DNA of 64,000 nt. Origin: Bryobacterales bacterium. GTDB lineage: Bacteria > Acidobacteriota > Terriglobia > Bryobacterales > Bryobacteraceae. Made by a program: the position numbers and the translations under genes. This document shows positions 9,435-18,446 of the stretch, one piece after another. The DNA lies in contig CAWIHA010000011.1 in NCBI GenBank assembly GCA_963835855.1, positions 13,608-77,607 of the forward strand, written 5' to 3'. The notes under the pieces were generated by a model. It was not told the DNA's origin and made no database searches. It saw only the letters and a program-made list of their open reading frames with translations. Numbering within the stretch: the stretch's first letter is position 1; each line of letters opens with the position of its first letter.

Positions 9435-9932
9435 ATGCAACCAGGCGGCGCCGCGGCAGATAAGCATAAGTGTGGAGCGCTCTTTTTGTCAAGGAGGAGG
9501 TTTCCCCTGAACCATCCGGCTAAGATCCTGTTATTCGTTGGCGCAAGCCGTGAAGACTCCCATACGGTGACGCGAATTTTCCGGGACTCCCATTGGGAAC
9601 TCGACTTTGTGCCCACGTGCGAAGAGGCGATCGGTTTTATCGGGCGGAAAGCCGCATCGGTGGTGATCTCCGAGTGCAATTTGCCGGATGGCACCTGGAA
9701 GGACGTACTCGACGGGCTGACGCGGTCGCCGAACCCGCCACTCTTGATTGTGGCCGCGCACGCCGCCGACGACCGGCTCTGGGCGGAGGTCCTGAACCTG
9801 GGGGGCTGCGACGTTCTGGCCAAGCCATTTGAAGCCAAAGAAGTAGTCTGGTCCGTGAGCAGCGCCTGGAACGAGTGGGAGACCAGGGTGCTCGATCGTC
9901 TGAGCGCCCAGCCGCAGCCCGCGCCTGCTTAA
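9435..9932 (+). CDS. Stand-alone receiver (REC) domain protein with non-canonical phospho-site residues
   Basis: REC fold pattern KILLFVGAS...VVISECNLPDGTW...LLIVAAHA...DVLAKPF. The true start is uncertain: AGGAGGAGG at 9492-9500 suggests a later non-ATG start. Confidence 0.7.
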   Translation: MQPGGAAADKHKCGALFLSRRRFPLNHPAKILLFVGASREDSHTVTRIFRDSHWELDFVPTCEEAIGFIGRKAASVVISECNLPDGTWKDVLDGLTRSPNPPLLIVAAHAADDRLWAEVLNLGGCDVLAKPFEAKEVVWSVSSAWNEWETRVLDRLSAQPQPAPA

Positions 9933-9984
9933 TGCGCATCACCCCTGGCCCGCTCCCGAGCTGAAATTGCCGGGCCGGCACGCG

Positions 9985-11142
9985 TTAGGACGCGGCGGCG
10001 TGCACTCCCGCGCCTCGTTGCGCGGCCTTTCCCCCCGAGAGCTTTGCCCCGGCGCGCGCAGCCATCGCAGACGCAGGCATCCCTTCGGACTCCTTGACGA
10101 AGATCATGGCGTGGCTCTGCGTCTCGAAATCAACCGACAACCAATCGCCAGCCGAGAGCTGACCGCTCGCAACCAGGTTCGACATCGGTTGGATCAGATA
10201 ACGCTCGATCGCGCGCTTGAGATAGCGCGCCCCATACCGCTGGTCCGTCCCCTCGCTAAGCAGGTGCTCCCGCGCGCCTTCCGTCAGCGTGAAACCAAAC
10301 GGACTGGCGCAGTCGGCAAAGATGCGCCGTTGCACGCGGTGGAGCTCAATCCCCAAGACGCGCCTCAGTTCCGCCTCGCCCAGCGAATTGAATACGACGA
10401 TCTTGTCGATGCGGTTGACGAATTCCGGCGTGAATTTGCGCCGCACGGCCTCCAAGGCAGCCTCGGAAATCTTTTCGGGCTTGCACGCCTGCGGGGCGCC
10501 GGAAGCAAAACCCAGCCGGGGCCGCATAATGGCGCTCATCTGGGCGGCGCCCAGATTGCTGGTCATGAAGATCATCGTATCCGAGAAGTCCACGCGGCGA
10601 TTGTCGCCGAGCGTCAGCGTGGCTTTGTCCAGGATGCCGAGCAGCAGGTTCCAGAGCGCGTCCGAAGCTTTCTCGATTTCGTCGAACAGCACGAAACTGA
10701 TGTTCACATTTTCCGTGTGATAACGGTTCAGGATCTCCTGGCAGAGCAGCGGGAGCGTTTCGCGGTGGCCGAGATACCCGGGCGGTGAGCCGATGAGCTT
10801 CGCGATTTCATGGCTGTGCTGGAACTCGGCGCAATCGACCTTGATCACTGCCCCCGGGTTGTCCAGCAGCACCTCCGCGGTGGCCTCGACGATGCGGGTC
10901 TTGCCGGAACCGGTCGGCCCGAGGAAGAGAAAACTGCCGATAGGACGGCCACGCGCGCCCAGACCGGTCAAGTGCATCTGGTATACGCTGACGATCTGCT
11001 GAACCGCTTCATCCTGCCCAACAATGAGGTTGCGGAGGCCGGCTTCGAGCGCTGCCGCGCCCCGGCCCGTTTTCTGGGGGTCGAGCAGCGTGTGCGGATG
11101 CAAGGTGCTAGTTTTGCCCGGATTGTCGGATGGGGCCTTCAT
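9985..11142 (-). CDS. Single-module AAA+ ATPase related to the ClpA/ClpB D2 domain
   Basis: LIVGQDEAVQ, Walker A GPTGSGKT, AKLIGSPPGYLG, Walker B VLFDEIEKA, sensor/ClpB_D2-small (FVNRIDKIVVFNSL, YGARYLKRAIE). Start set at ATG 11142. Confidence 0.85.
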   Translation of the reverse strand: MKAPSDNPGKTSTLHPHTLLDPQKTGRGAAALEAGLRNLIVGQDEAVQQIVSVYQMHLTGLGARGRPIGSFLFLGPTGSGKTRIVEATAEVLLDNPGAVIKVDCAEFQHSHEIAKLIGSPPGYLGHRETLPLLCQEILNRYHTENVNISFVLFDEIEKASDALWNLLLGILDKATLTLGDNRRVDFSDTMIFMTSNLGAAQMSAIMRPRLGFASGAPQACKPEKISEAALEAVRRKFTPEFVNRIDKIVVFNSLGEAELRRVLGIELHRVQRRIFADCASPFGFTLTEGAREHLLSEGTDQRYGARYLKRAIERYLIQPMSNLVASGQLSAGDWLSVDFETQSHAMIFVKESEGMPASAMAARAGAKLSGGKAAQRGAGVHAAAS

Positions 11143-11539
11143 GTCATTCGCAGCAACCGGGCGGAGCGCGTCGCACCCGTTATAAGACGTATCGGCCCGT
11201 CTCCCGATTCGTGTAACGTTTCCCAACCATGCGGCTGGGTCACGCGGTGCGTTCACGGGCGCGGGGCGGGACAAGGCCGGCATTGTGGAATATGCGAAGG
11301 CAGCCTGCTGGTGTGCCTTCTCTCACGTCGCAGTGGGAACAATGGCCCCGGCTGCCTTCGCCATCGACGACGCGGCGCGACCCTCGTTGTGGGTGTGCGA
11401 CATGGAGATTAGGTGGAGCGGGCCTCCCAGTAGTCTTCGAGCTGGCCGTTGAGCCGACAGCGCGGAGCGCCGCCCGGTTGACCCCCTCGTTCCCCCGCCG
11501 CTATCATGGGAATGTCCCGCCACGAGAAGGAGGAACTCC

Positions 11540-12013
11540 GTGGGTCCGCTGGGTGTGCAAGAGATCATCGCTATATTCATCCTTGCCTTGCTCCTTTTCG
11601 GCCCAAAAGAGCTTCCCCGGATAGCGAGGCAGATCGGGAGGGCTCTCACCGAGTTCCGCCGCGCTTCGAATGAGTTGAAGGCGACTTTTGACCGGGAATT
11701 GAGCAACCTGGAGCGGGAGGACAAATCCATCAAGGAAGTGACGCGGAATTACCTTCCGGACTATTATCGTTACGGCGACGACTACGGATACGAGCCTTCT
11801 TATAGCGACGCGGCGACGCCCAGTGCTGCGCCGAATGATCCCACCGCGACAGCCACGTTGGCAGTAAGCGCTCCTGCAACTCAGGGCGCTGAATCCAAAT
11901 CCGGGACGGCTCCGGAAGGCACGGTTTCTACGGGCGCTCCGGAAGCGCCAGCCGCCGAGGTTGGAGCGGCCGAGGGTACGCCGTCCGCCCAGTCGAAAGT
12001 CAAAGAGTTTTAG
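11540..12013 (+). CDS. tatA: Twin-arginine translocase TatA/TatB family protein
   Basis: GTG start 8 nt after GAAGGAGG. N-terminal TM plus amphipathic helix (IIAIFILALLLFGPKELPRIARQIGRALTEFRRA). Long acidic/Ala-Pro tail. Confidence 0.85.
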   Translation: MGPLGVQEIIAIFILALLLFGPKELPRIARQIGRALTEFRRASNELKATFDRELSNLEREDKSIKEVTRNYLPDYYRYGDDYGYEPSYSDAATPSAAPNDPTATATLAVSAPATQGAESKSGTAPEGTVSTGAPEAPAAEVGAAEGTPSAQSKVKEF

Positions 12014-12305
12014 AGCCAGGACGCAGAGGTTCGGCTTGCAGGACGAACAAAACGGGGCACACGCGCCTGAATCACCACCGGAATCGGCCACGGGGACGCC
12101 CAATACGCCCGCGGCCGATTCCTATGATTCGTACACTGCCGGCGCGGTCGAGACGGCGCGGGTTGCGGGGATAGGGAGTGTGGCGGCCGTGGTGACCCAG
12201 CCTGCTGCTGCGCCCGGAAGGAAGGGCCGCGGCGGCGGGTCGAAAACGCCTCCTCCACCCGGCGGGGGCGGCGGGGACGGCGGCGGCGAGGACGAGGAAG
12301 AAGGC

Positions 12306-13172
12306 ATGCTCCGCATGTCTTTCCTCGATCACCTGCAAGAGCTGCGCAGCCGCATTTTCAAGGCCCTGGCCGGTGTCGTCGTCGCATTCCTGATCTGCCT
12401 GACTTTCGCGAACGAACTCTGGAATTTCGTCAGCGAGCCGGCGGTGTATGCTCTGCACCAGCTTGGGTTTCAGGAAAGGCTCGTGCAGATCACCCCGATG
12501 GAGACGTTCAGCACCGTGTGGGTGAAGCTGCCGATGCTGGCCGCGATATTCCTAGCTTCGCCGTGGGTGCTGTACCAAGCATGGGCGTTTGTCGCGCCGG
12601 GCCTGTACAGGCGCGAGCGCCGCTGGGCGGCTCCGTTTGTAATTTGTTCAGCCGGTCTCTTCATTTTGGGCGGACTGTTCGCCTACTTCATCGCTTTCCG
12701 GTTCGCCCTGACGTTCCTGCTCGGCATGGGGCGCGATCTTCGCATACAGCCGATGGTTTCGGTGACCGAATATTTCGACCTGTTCGTGAACGTGATCCTG
12801 GGCATCGGGCTGGTGTTCGAACTGCCAGTGCTGATCTTCTTCCTGACGCTTTTGCGCATCGCATCGCCCGGTTTTCTGCTGCGCCACAGCCGCTACGCCA
12901 TCCTGATCATCACCATTATTGCCGCGGTGGTGACTCCGACTCCCGACGTTTTCAACATGATGCTATTCGCCGTGCCCATGTGCATGCTGTTTTACGTCGG
13001 CATTTTTGCGGGATATTTGCTGGTCCTGCACCGCGAACGCCGGCGCTTCCCCTGGAGAAGAGTATTGCCTTGGGTGCTGGTGCCGCTGCTGATTATGGCC
13101 GGCGCGCTGTATTTCGCAACCGCCAAATACGGCTACCATTTCGTGGCGCACTGGCCGTTTCTGAGCCGGTAA
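12306..13172 (+). CDS. tatC: Twin-arginine translocase subunit TatC
   Basis: MSFLDHLQELRSRI start of the conserved core and six TM segments. The open frame continues upstream to 11961 (Gly/Pro-rich), so the start may be earlier. Confidence 0.9.
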   Translation: MLRMSFLDHLQELRSRIFKALAGVVVAFLICLTFANELWNFVSEPAVYALHQLGFQERLVQITPMETFSTVWVKLPMLAAIFLASPWVLYQAWAFVAPGLYRRERRWAAPFVICSAGLFILGGLFAYFIAFRFALTFLLGMGRDLRIQPMVSVTEYFDLFVNVILGIGLVFELPVLIFFLTLLRIASPGFLLRHSRYAILIITIIAAVVTPTPDVFNMMLFAVPMCMLFYVGIFAGYLLVLHRERRRFPWRRVLPWVLVPLLIMAGALYFATAKYGYHFVAHWPFLSR

Positions 13173-13262
13173 TCGCGCCGGGGAGCATCCGGACCCGCTG
13201 GATTCCATTTGCATTTCGTTATACGATTATCAAGGCCAGTCCGGGAAATTGGGGGTAATCGG

Positions 13263-13544
13263 GTGGACCTCTACAAGGTCATTCGAACGCTCTGCGAGGA
13301 AAAGAAGCGGCTCGATCGGTTGATCGAGTCGGTGGAGCAGCTTCAGGCTCGCGGAGACCCAGAGCAGGCCGCGAGCGCGCGGTCGCACCGGGGGCGCAAA
13401 GAGATGAGTCCTGAGGAGAGGCGGCAAGTCTCCGAGCGAATGCGAGAGTATTGGGCCGCGCGCCGGCAAAGGCCGGCCGCCGAAGTATCGGAAGCTGCCG
13501 GCAGCGAAGCCGCCCTGGCCGCCATCATCCACTCTCGATCTTGA
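13263..13544 (+). CDS. Hypothetical small coiled-coil/basic protein
   Basis: ORF 13209..13544. A GTG at 13263 gives VDLYKVIRTLCEEKKRLDRLIE... No family recognised. Confidence 0.4.
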   Translation: MDLYKVIRTLCEEKKRLDRLIESVEQLQARGDPEQAASARSHRGRKEMSPEERRQVSERMREYWAARRQRPAAEVSEAAGSEAALAAIIHSRS

Positions 13545-13634
13545 GAGCCCGCATCCCCACGGATCAGCGAGTCGCAGCCAGACCCTGACGCGTGCCCCGG
13601 GAATGTTAGGATGGAAGGGCAGCGTATCTAGTGT

Positions 13635-13710
13635 GGGCGGCTAGCTCAGCTGGGAGAGCACGGCGTTCGCAACGCCGGGGTCGTGGGTTCGAATCCCATG
13701 CCGTCCACCA
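13635..13710 (+). tRNA. tRNA-Ala (anticodon CGC), CCA encoded
   Basis: Hand-folded cloverleaf: acceptor GGGCGGC/GCCGTCC with the G3:U70 Ala identity pair, anticodon loop TTCGCAA, T-arm GTGGG TTCGAAT CCCAT. Confidence 0.93.
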
Positions 13711-14059
13711 AACCTTTGCTTTTAGAATCGGCGGATATAGGCTTGTTCTCGCCCCTGTGCCATAAATGTGCCAGAAGCGCGGTGATTTGGGCCTGACGGT
13801 GTGCTCTCCACTTGGCGTACTGCTTGCGCGCGATAGTCGGGCTGTTGCCACGCCTGGCAAAGTGCGTTGAACAGGATGTTGTCAGTTGGGGCGAATCTTC
13901 ACAGCGGCTTAACGATGGGGCAACGTCCGGCTCCTAAACTGAGACTGGTTCACATCCTAAGTAGGCTCGCTACCCACCGCCAAGGCGCCGGGTTCCGCAC
14001 ACACTCCGGAATTCGGCGCTCCTCCCTGACCCGCGCTGGCGGAGCGCCGTCGGCATCCC

Positions 14060-14491
14060 TCACCTCCCCGACGATCCAAACCCGCCATCGCCGCGGTTCG
14101 TCTCGCTCAGCTCCGATTCGTCCCATTCCACTGGCTCGTAGCGCGCAATGACGAGCTGCGCAATGCGGTCGCCCCGGCGGATGTGGTAGGGCTCGCGGCC
14201 CAGGTTGAGCAGGATGATCCGGATCTCGCCGCGGTAGCCGGGGTCGATGGTCGCCGGGCTGTTTGGCAGAGTGATCGCGTGTTTCAGCGCGAGGCCGCTG
14301 CGCGGGCGCACCTGCGCCTCGTATCCGGCCGGCAGCTCGATGGCAATCCCGGTTGCCACGCTCTTCGGCATGCCGGGATCGAGCAGGGTGTCTTCGGCCG
14401 CCGCGATGTCAAGGCCCGCGTCTTCTCGCGGCCCGTGCGCATACGCGGGCAGCAGTGCTTCGGGGCGCAGCCGCTTGATTTTCAATCGCAT
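14060..14491 (-). CDS. dut: dUTP diphosphatase
   Basis: AGLDI, RPRSGLA, GTIDPGYRGEI-like (ATIDPGYRGEIRI) and C-terminal RGDGGFGSSG motifs. Alternative start at 14503. Confidence 0.93.
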   Translation of the reverse strand: MRLKIKRLRPEALLPAYAHGPREDAGLDIAAAEDTLLDPGMPKSVATGIAIELPAGYEAQVRPRSGLALKHAITLPNSPATIDPGYRGEIRIILLNLGREPYHIRRGDRIAQLVIARYEPVEWDESELSETNRGDGGFGSSGR

Positions 14492-14534
14492 GGAACCTGT
14501 CATGATAGCGCGCTCGCGGTATCATAACGGGTTC

Positions 14535-15968
14535 ATGCCCGAGCGTCCGAAGCGCGTGGTGGCCGTTGCGCCCATGCCGCCCGAAAAGTGCGCCTATGCG
14601 CTGGCGCGTTACAGCCGCTCGCCCGATTCCATCCGCGAGTCGCTCGACTGGGTGCGCGCGCACGATTCCGAGAAGTTCTTCGAGCACTATTATTTTCAGT
14701 ACGGTCACGCCTCCATCGCCGACCTCGGCCATACGGTCCTCTGCTTCGAAGGCATCTCGGAGCTCGCGGCCACCGAAATCGAGGATGAGCCGCTCTGGGA
14801 CGGCCAGGCGAAATCCTCCCGTTACCAGGATTTCTCGCGATCCGGCTGGATCGTGCCGCCCGAGTTCTCGCCCGAAGATCGGCAAACATACCAACGCGCC
14901 GCCGAGAAACTGCTCGCGGCCTATCAGAAGGTACATGCGGCCGCGGCTGAGCACCTGCGCTCGCGCCTGCCGCGCCCCGAAGACATGAAGCCGGACGCTT
15001 ACGAACGCAGCATCGCGGCGCGCGCGTTCGACGTCGCGCGGTACCTGTTGTTCCTGGGTGTACCGACCAACATCGGGCAGGTCGCGAGCATTCGCACGCT
15101 CGAAAAGCAGGTGCGGCGCCTGCGGGCATCCGAATACGAGGAATTGCGCAGCCTCGCTTCGGAAATCGCGGAAGCGTGCGCCTCGAAGCCGGACTATGTA
15201 TGGGACCCGGCCGTTCCCGGCGAGCCTCTGTGTCCTACGCTGGCGCGGCACGTCGATCCCGAACGCCAACTCGCCGAAATACGCAAAGGCTTGCGCCAAT
15301 GGGCCGCGCAGAACCTGCCTCCGCGCGCCGGGCTGGAGCCGGGCCGTGTGGACCTGCTGCGGCCCGCCAGCGCCGCGGCCGATATTGTCGCGACGCTCCT
15401 CTACCCGGTTACGGACCGGCCGTTCCGCGAGTTGTATGAGCTGGCCGCCGGTTGGGCGCCGAAGATGCGCGGCGAAGTCATCGACGCCGCCATCCGCTCA
15501 CGCGGGCGCCGCGACGAGTTGTCGCGCGGATTCCGCAGCGGCCTGTACGCGTTCGACTTCGTGATCGACATCGGGGCCTGGCGCGATCTGCACCGGCACC
15601 GCCGCTGCCAGCAGTTCCGGCAACCATTCTCGGCTCGGCTCGGCTTCGAGACCCCGGCCGCCGTCGCGGAAGCCGGCATGAGCGCTGCCTATGAATCGGC
15701 GATGCGCGAAACCATTGCAACCGTGCACTCGCTCGAGCCGCCGGGAGCGCACTACCTGGTCCCGTTCGGAGCGCGCTCGCGGTTCCTGTTCAAGACGGAT
15801 TTCGCGGAAGCCGAGTACATTATCCGCCTGCGCAGCGGCGTGAAGGGCCACTTCAGTTACCGCCAAATCGCCTGGGAAATGAAGCAGAAGATGGAACAAC
15901 TCGAGCCGGAACTGGGCCGGCTGATCGACGCTACTCCGCCCTGGGTCGAGGACCCGCTGAAACGCTAA
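14535..15968 (+). CDS. thyX: Long (tandem-domain) ThyX-like FAD-dependent thymidylate synthase
   Basis: First half has YGHASIADLGH and SSRYQDF. Second half has WRDLHRHRRCQ (RHR motif) and AEYIIRLRSG. Alternative ATG at 14502. Divergent from dut. Confidence 0.75.
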   Translation: MPERPKRVVAVAPMPPEKCAYALARYSRSPDSIRESLDWVRAHDSEKFFEHYYFQYGHASIADLGHTVLCFEGISELAATEIEDEPLWDGQAKSSRYQDFSRSGWIVPPEFSPEDRQTYQRAAEKLLAAYQKVHAAAAEHLRSRLPRPEDMKPDAYERSIAARAFDVARYLLFLGVPTNIGQVASIRTLEKQVRRLRASEYEELRSLASEIAEACASKPDYVWDPAVPGEPLCPTLARHVDPERQLAEIRKGLRQWAAQNLPPRAGLEPGRVDLLRPASAAADIVATLLYPVTDRPFRELYELAAGWAPKMRGEVIDAAIRSRGRRDELSRGFRSGLYAFDFVIDIGAWRDLHRHRRCQQFRQPFSARLGFETPAAVAEAGMSAAYESAMRETIATVHSLEPPGAHYLVPFGARSRFLFKTDFAEAEYIIRLRSGVKGHFSYRQIAWEMKQKMEQLEPELGRLIDATPPWVEDPLKR

Positions 15969-16087
15969 GGCTGGTTTCGGCAGCCGTAAGGGCGAGTGGG
16001 CTGTGCCTTTTGCCCCGAACTCTACAGCCCGCAACCTGCATCCCCCACAACCGGCATCCTATGATCTACACCGGCGAGCGCAGCGAG

Positions 16088-16603
16088 CTACAGCCTCTGT
16101 GAGGGCGGGCCGATGAGCCGGTCCAGCTTTTCAAACAGCTCCTTACCGTCGAAGACCTCTTTTGTCGCGGAGCCGTACTCGTAATCGCCGACGATCATTC
16201 CGTCCCGGCCGATGATGTACAGGTGCGGGAAATTGATCGCCGGGGTCAGTGGCCGGATATAAGAGTACGCCATCTGGCCGCAATCGAAGAGGAATGTGGC
16301 GCTGAGATGGTTCTCTTGGGCAAATCGCGCAGCCGTGGCAGTGGTGTCAGGCGGAAGCAGGACCGAGAGCACCGCAACGCGGGAGCCATATCGCGTTTTC
16401 GCCTCTTCGAGCACGTGCGAGAACGTCTGGCAGTGTGAGCAATCCGTCTTCATAAAATCGAGCAGCACGACCTTGCCGCGGTAATCCTGAAGATCGTGGA
16501 TCTGCTGATTCGCGTCTGGCAGCGCGAACCCCGGTGCCCGCCGCGCCTGCTGTGCCTGCGACAGCGCCAGAGAGAGAAAAATGCCAATGGATAACAATCG
16601 CAT
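16088..16603 (-). CDS. Secreted thioredoxin-fold (TlpA/AhpC-TSA-like) protein
   Basis: Signal peptide MRLLSIGIFLSLALSQA. GKVVLLDFMKTDCSHCQ (CxxC) redox motif. Confidence 0.8.
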   Translation of the reverse strand: MRLLSIGIFLSLALSQAQQARRAPGFALPDANQQIHDLQDYRGKVVLLDFMKTDCSHCQTFSHVLEEAKTRYGSRVAVLSVLLPPDTTATAARFAQENHLSATFLFDCGQMAYSYIRPLTPAINFPHLYIIGRDGMIVGDYEYGSATKEVFDGKELFEKLDRLIGPPSQRL

Positions 16604-16772
16604 ACGGCTAAGGTAACACGCGAAGCAGCGGCAGCACACCCTTGCTGGCCTGGTTGCTATTGAGTGAAGCGCGATCTTTGAGATTCGCGGCGGAATCGGA
16701 GTCTGCATAGCCGCGCCACTCTGGTTCGATTTGCGCCTTTTCCTCCACGCCAGTACAATAAATGGGCCGCAT

Positions 16773-18281
16773 ATGCTCTCAAGGCCCGCCACAAAAGCCC
16801 AGCGGGCAGTTGCCACACTAGTTCTCGCTGCGGCACTTGTCCCCTCGGCTCTGCTCGCGTGGTCGTATCGGGAGATGCCGCACTTTGGTCTGCCAGCCGA
16901 CGACGGTGTCTACTGGGTTTCTGCAAAGAGTCTGGCTGCCGGGGATGGCTACCGAATTCTTAGTTTTCCCGGACAGCCATATCAAACGAAGTATCCGCCG
17001 CTCTACCCCCTTCTGCTATCGGGCGTCTGGCGCATCAGCCCGGAGTTTCCCGCGAATCTGAGGTGGGCCACATGGTTCTGCTGGATCTTTCTGCCTGTCC
17101 TGCTCGTGCTCTGCCGGCAGTATTTCCGCGGCCTGGGATTCTCTGAGTGGGGGGCAATCGCTGTTTGTGCGGCTTGTGCTGTCAGTTGGGATGTCATGTT
17201 TTTCAGTATCTGCATGCTCTCTGAATTGCCCTGTCTTTGTCTGCTCCTGGGATGCTTTGCGGTGACCGAGGTGGCTATGCGATGGAAACGCGGGTTTCTA
17301 GCGGCACTCGCGGCAGGCGTTCTGGCTGGCGGCGCATACCTGACCCGCACAGCGACGCTGCCCCTGCTCGTCGCTGGGCCACTCTACTTCGCGTTGCGCC
17401 GGAGATTCCGCTTCACTGCTCTATTCACGCTGGGGATGGCGCCATTCGTCATCGCTTGGAATTTCTGGGTGCGCACACACGCCTGCCATGCACGGGATCC
17501 CCTCTCGGCGGCGTACACGGATTATTTCCAATACTATTTCTCGAACTTTACCTGGCGCGCCGTACCTAGAGTTGTGTTCGAGAATCTGCCGGGCCTGTTT
17601 TCTAGCGTGGGGGGGCTGTTGGTCATCCAGGATGGGTCCTTTCTTGGGTGGCTGATCTCCAGTCTGGTTGGGCTCGCGGCAGTCGTGGGCACGTTCCTGC
17701 TGGCGCGCAAGCACGGCCTCTCCGCTTATCATCTGTTCGCAGTGCTGTATCTGCTGCAAATCGCTGTGTGGCCCCAAGGCACCGGCAGGCACTGGGAGCG
17801 GCTCATGCTGCTGCTGCTTCCGTTATTTCTTGGCGGACTGGTAGTCCTGTGCGAATCTCTCTTCAAGTCCGGATTCGCGCTCTTCTGGTTGGGCTTGCTG
17901 CTGGTGATCGCGGCCTCTTCCGCGCGTTTACCGGCCACGGTCCGCGAGAGCCGGGCGGAACTGGCCGGCAATCTCCAGGCGTATCAGTGGATCCGCAAGA
18001 ATACGGACCCGGATACAAGGTTTCTGGCGAATCTCGATACTGCGCTTTATCTTTATACCGGCCGCCTAGCATGCCGGTTCATGCTTCCCAAAGGGGAGGG
18101 CGGGTATGGGCATGAGGATCAGAACCCAAGAGATTACGTGTTGTCCTACGTCAGGGTCCACCACCTGAGCTACTTGGTGGATAGTGTCTTTTTCGGCAGC
18201 GCGGGTTTCATCGATCCCAACCGGCAATTGCGGAGAGTGAAGGTGTTCGGCCAAACTTCGATAATCGAGCTGCCGAGATAA
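16773..18281 (+). CDS. Polytopic membrane protein, GT-C fold glycosyltransferase-like (ArnT/PMT family-like)
   Basis: About 12 hydrophobic segments. N-terminal DDGVYWVSAKSLAAGDGY...KYPPLYPLLL pattern typical of GT39/83-like enzymes. Family call is tentative. Confidence 0.55.
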   Translation: MLSRPATKAQRAVATLVLAAALVPSALLAWSYREMPHFGLPADDGVYWVSAKSLAAGDGYRILSFPGQPYQTKYPPLYPLLLSGVWRISPEFPANLRWATWFCWIFLPVLLVLCRQYFRGLGFSEWGAIAVCAACAVSWDVMFFSICMLSELPCLCLLLGCFAVTEVAMRWKRGFLAALAAGVLAGGAYLTRTATLPLLVAGPLYFALRRRFRFTALFTLGMAPFVIAWNFWVRTHACHARDPLSAAYTDYFQYYFSNFTWRAVPRVVFENLPGLFSSVGGLLVIQDGSFLGWLISSLVGLAAVVGTFLLARKHGLSAYHLFAVLYLLQIAVWPQGTGRHWERLMLLLLPLFLGGLVVLCESLFKSGFALFWLGLLLVIAASSARLPATVRESRAELAGNLQAYQWIRKNTDPDTRFLANLDTALYLYTGRLACRFMLPKGEGGYGHEDQNPRDYVLSYVRVHHLSYLVDSVFFGSAGFIDPNRQLRRVKVFGQTSIIELPR

Positions 18282-18446
18282 ATGGGACCTGCGGGTTGGT
18301 TAAGGTATTTGTGGAATCCGCAGTCACGGACTGCTCGCGAGTGCGGCACGGAGGCGCTCGGCGCGTTACGGGGAGAGCGGCGGCGAACTCGGGCCGGTGC
18401 TAAGCGGAAAGCGCCAGGCTCCGGAGCCGCGGCTATACTGATACGT

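Noticed and set aside
13758-13773. Near-consensus sigma-54 element TGGCAC-N5-TGGCA on the minus strand, pointing antisense into tRNA-Ala.
   Set aside because: No ORF or obvious RNA lies downstream in that orientation. The -12 element has G instead of T. A single hit of this quality is expected by chance in 64 kb on both strands.
13711-14059. Possible tyrosine-integrase remnant next to tRNA-Ala. A minus-strand frame reads ..HFARRGNSPTIARKQYAKW.., vaguely like the integrase C-terminal GHS..T...Y.H motif.
   Set aside because: The key His/Tyr context is not preserved. No HxxR box occurs in the ~30 codons upstream before a stop. No direct repeat of the tRNA 3' end was found. This is too weak to call.
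16021-16075. Short CCACAAC / CGCAACCT / ACAACCGG words recurring in intergenic spacers (6391-6405, 16030-16055, 34325-34340, 54821-54870).
   Set aside because: The words are only 7-8 nt and the alignments between copies are poor. I could not scan coding regions exhaustively by eye to show enrichment. This needs a computed k-mer enrichment test before being called a repeat family.
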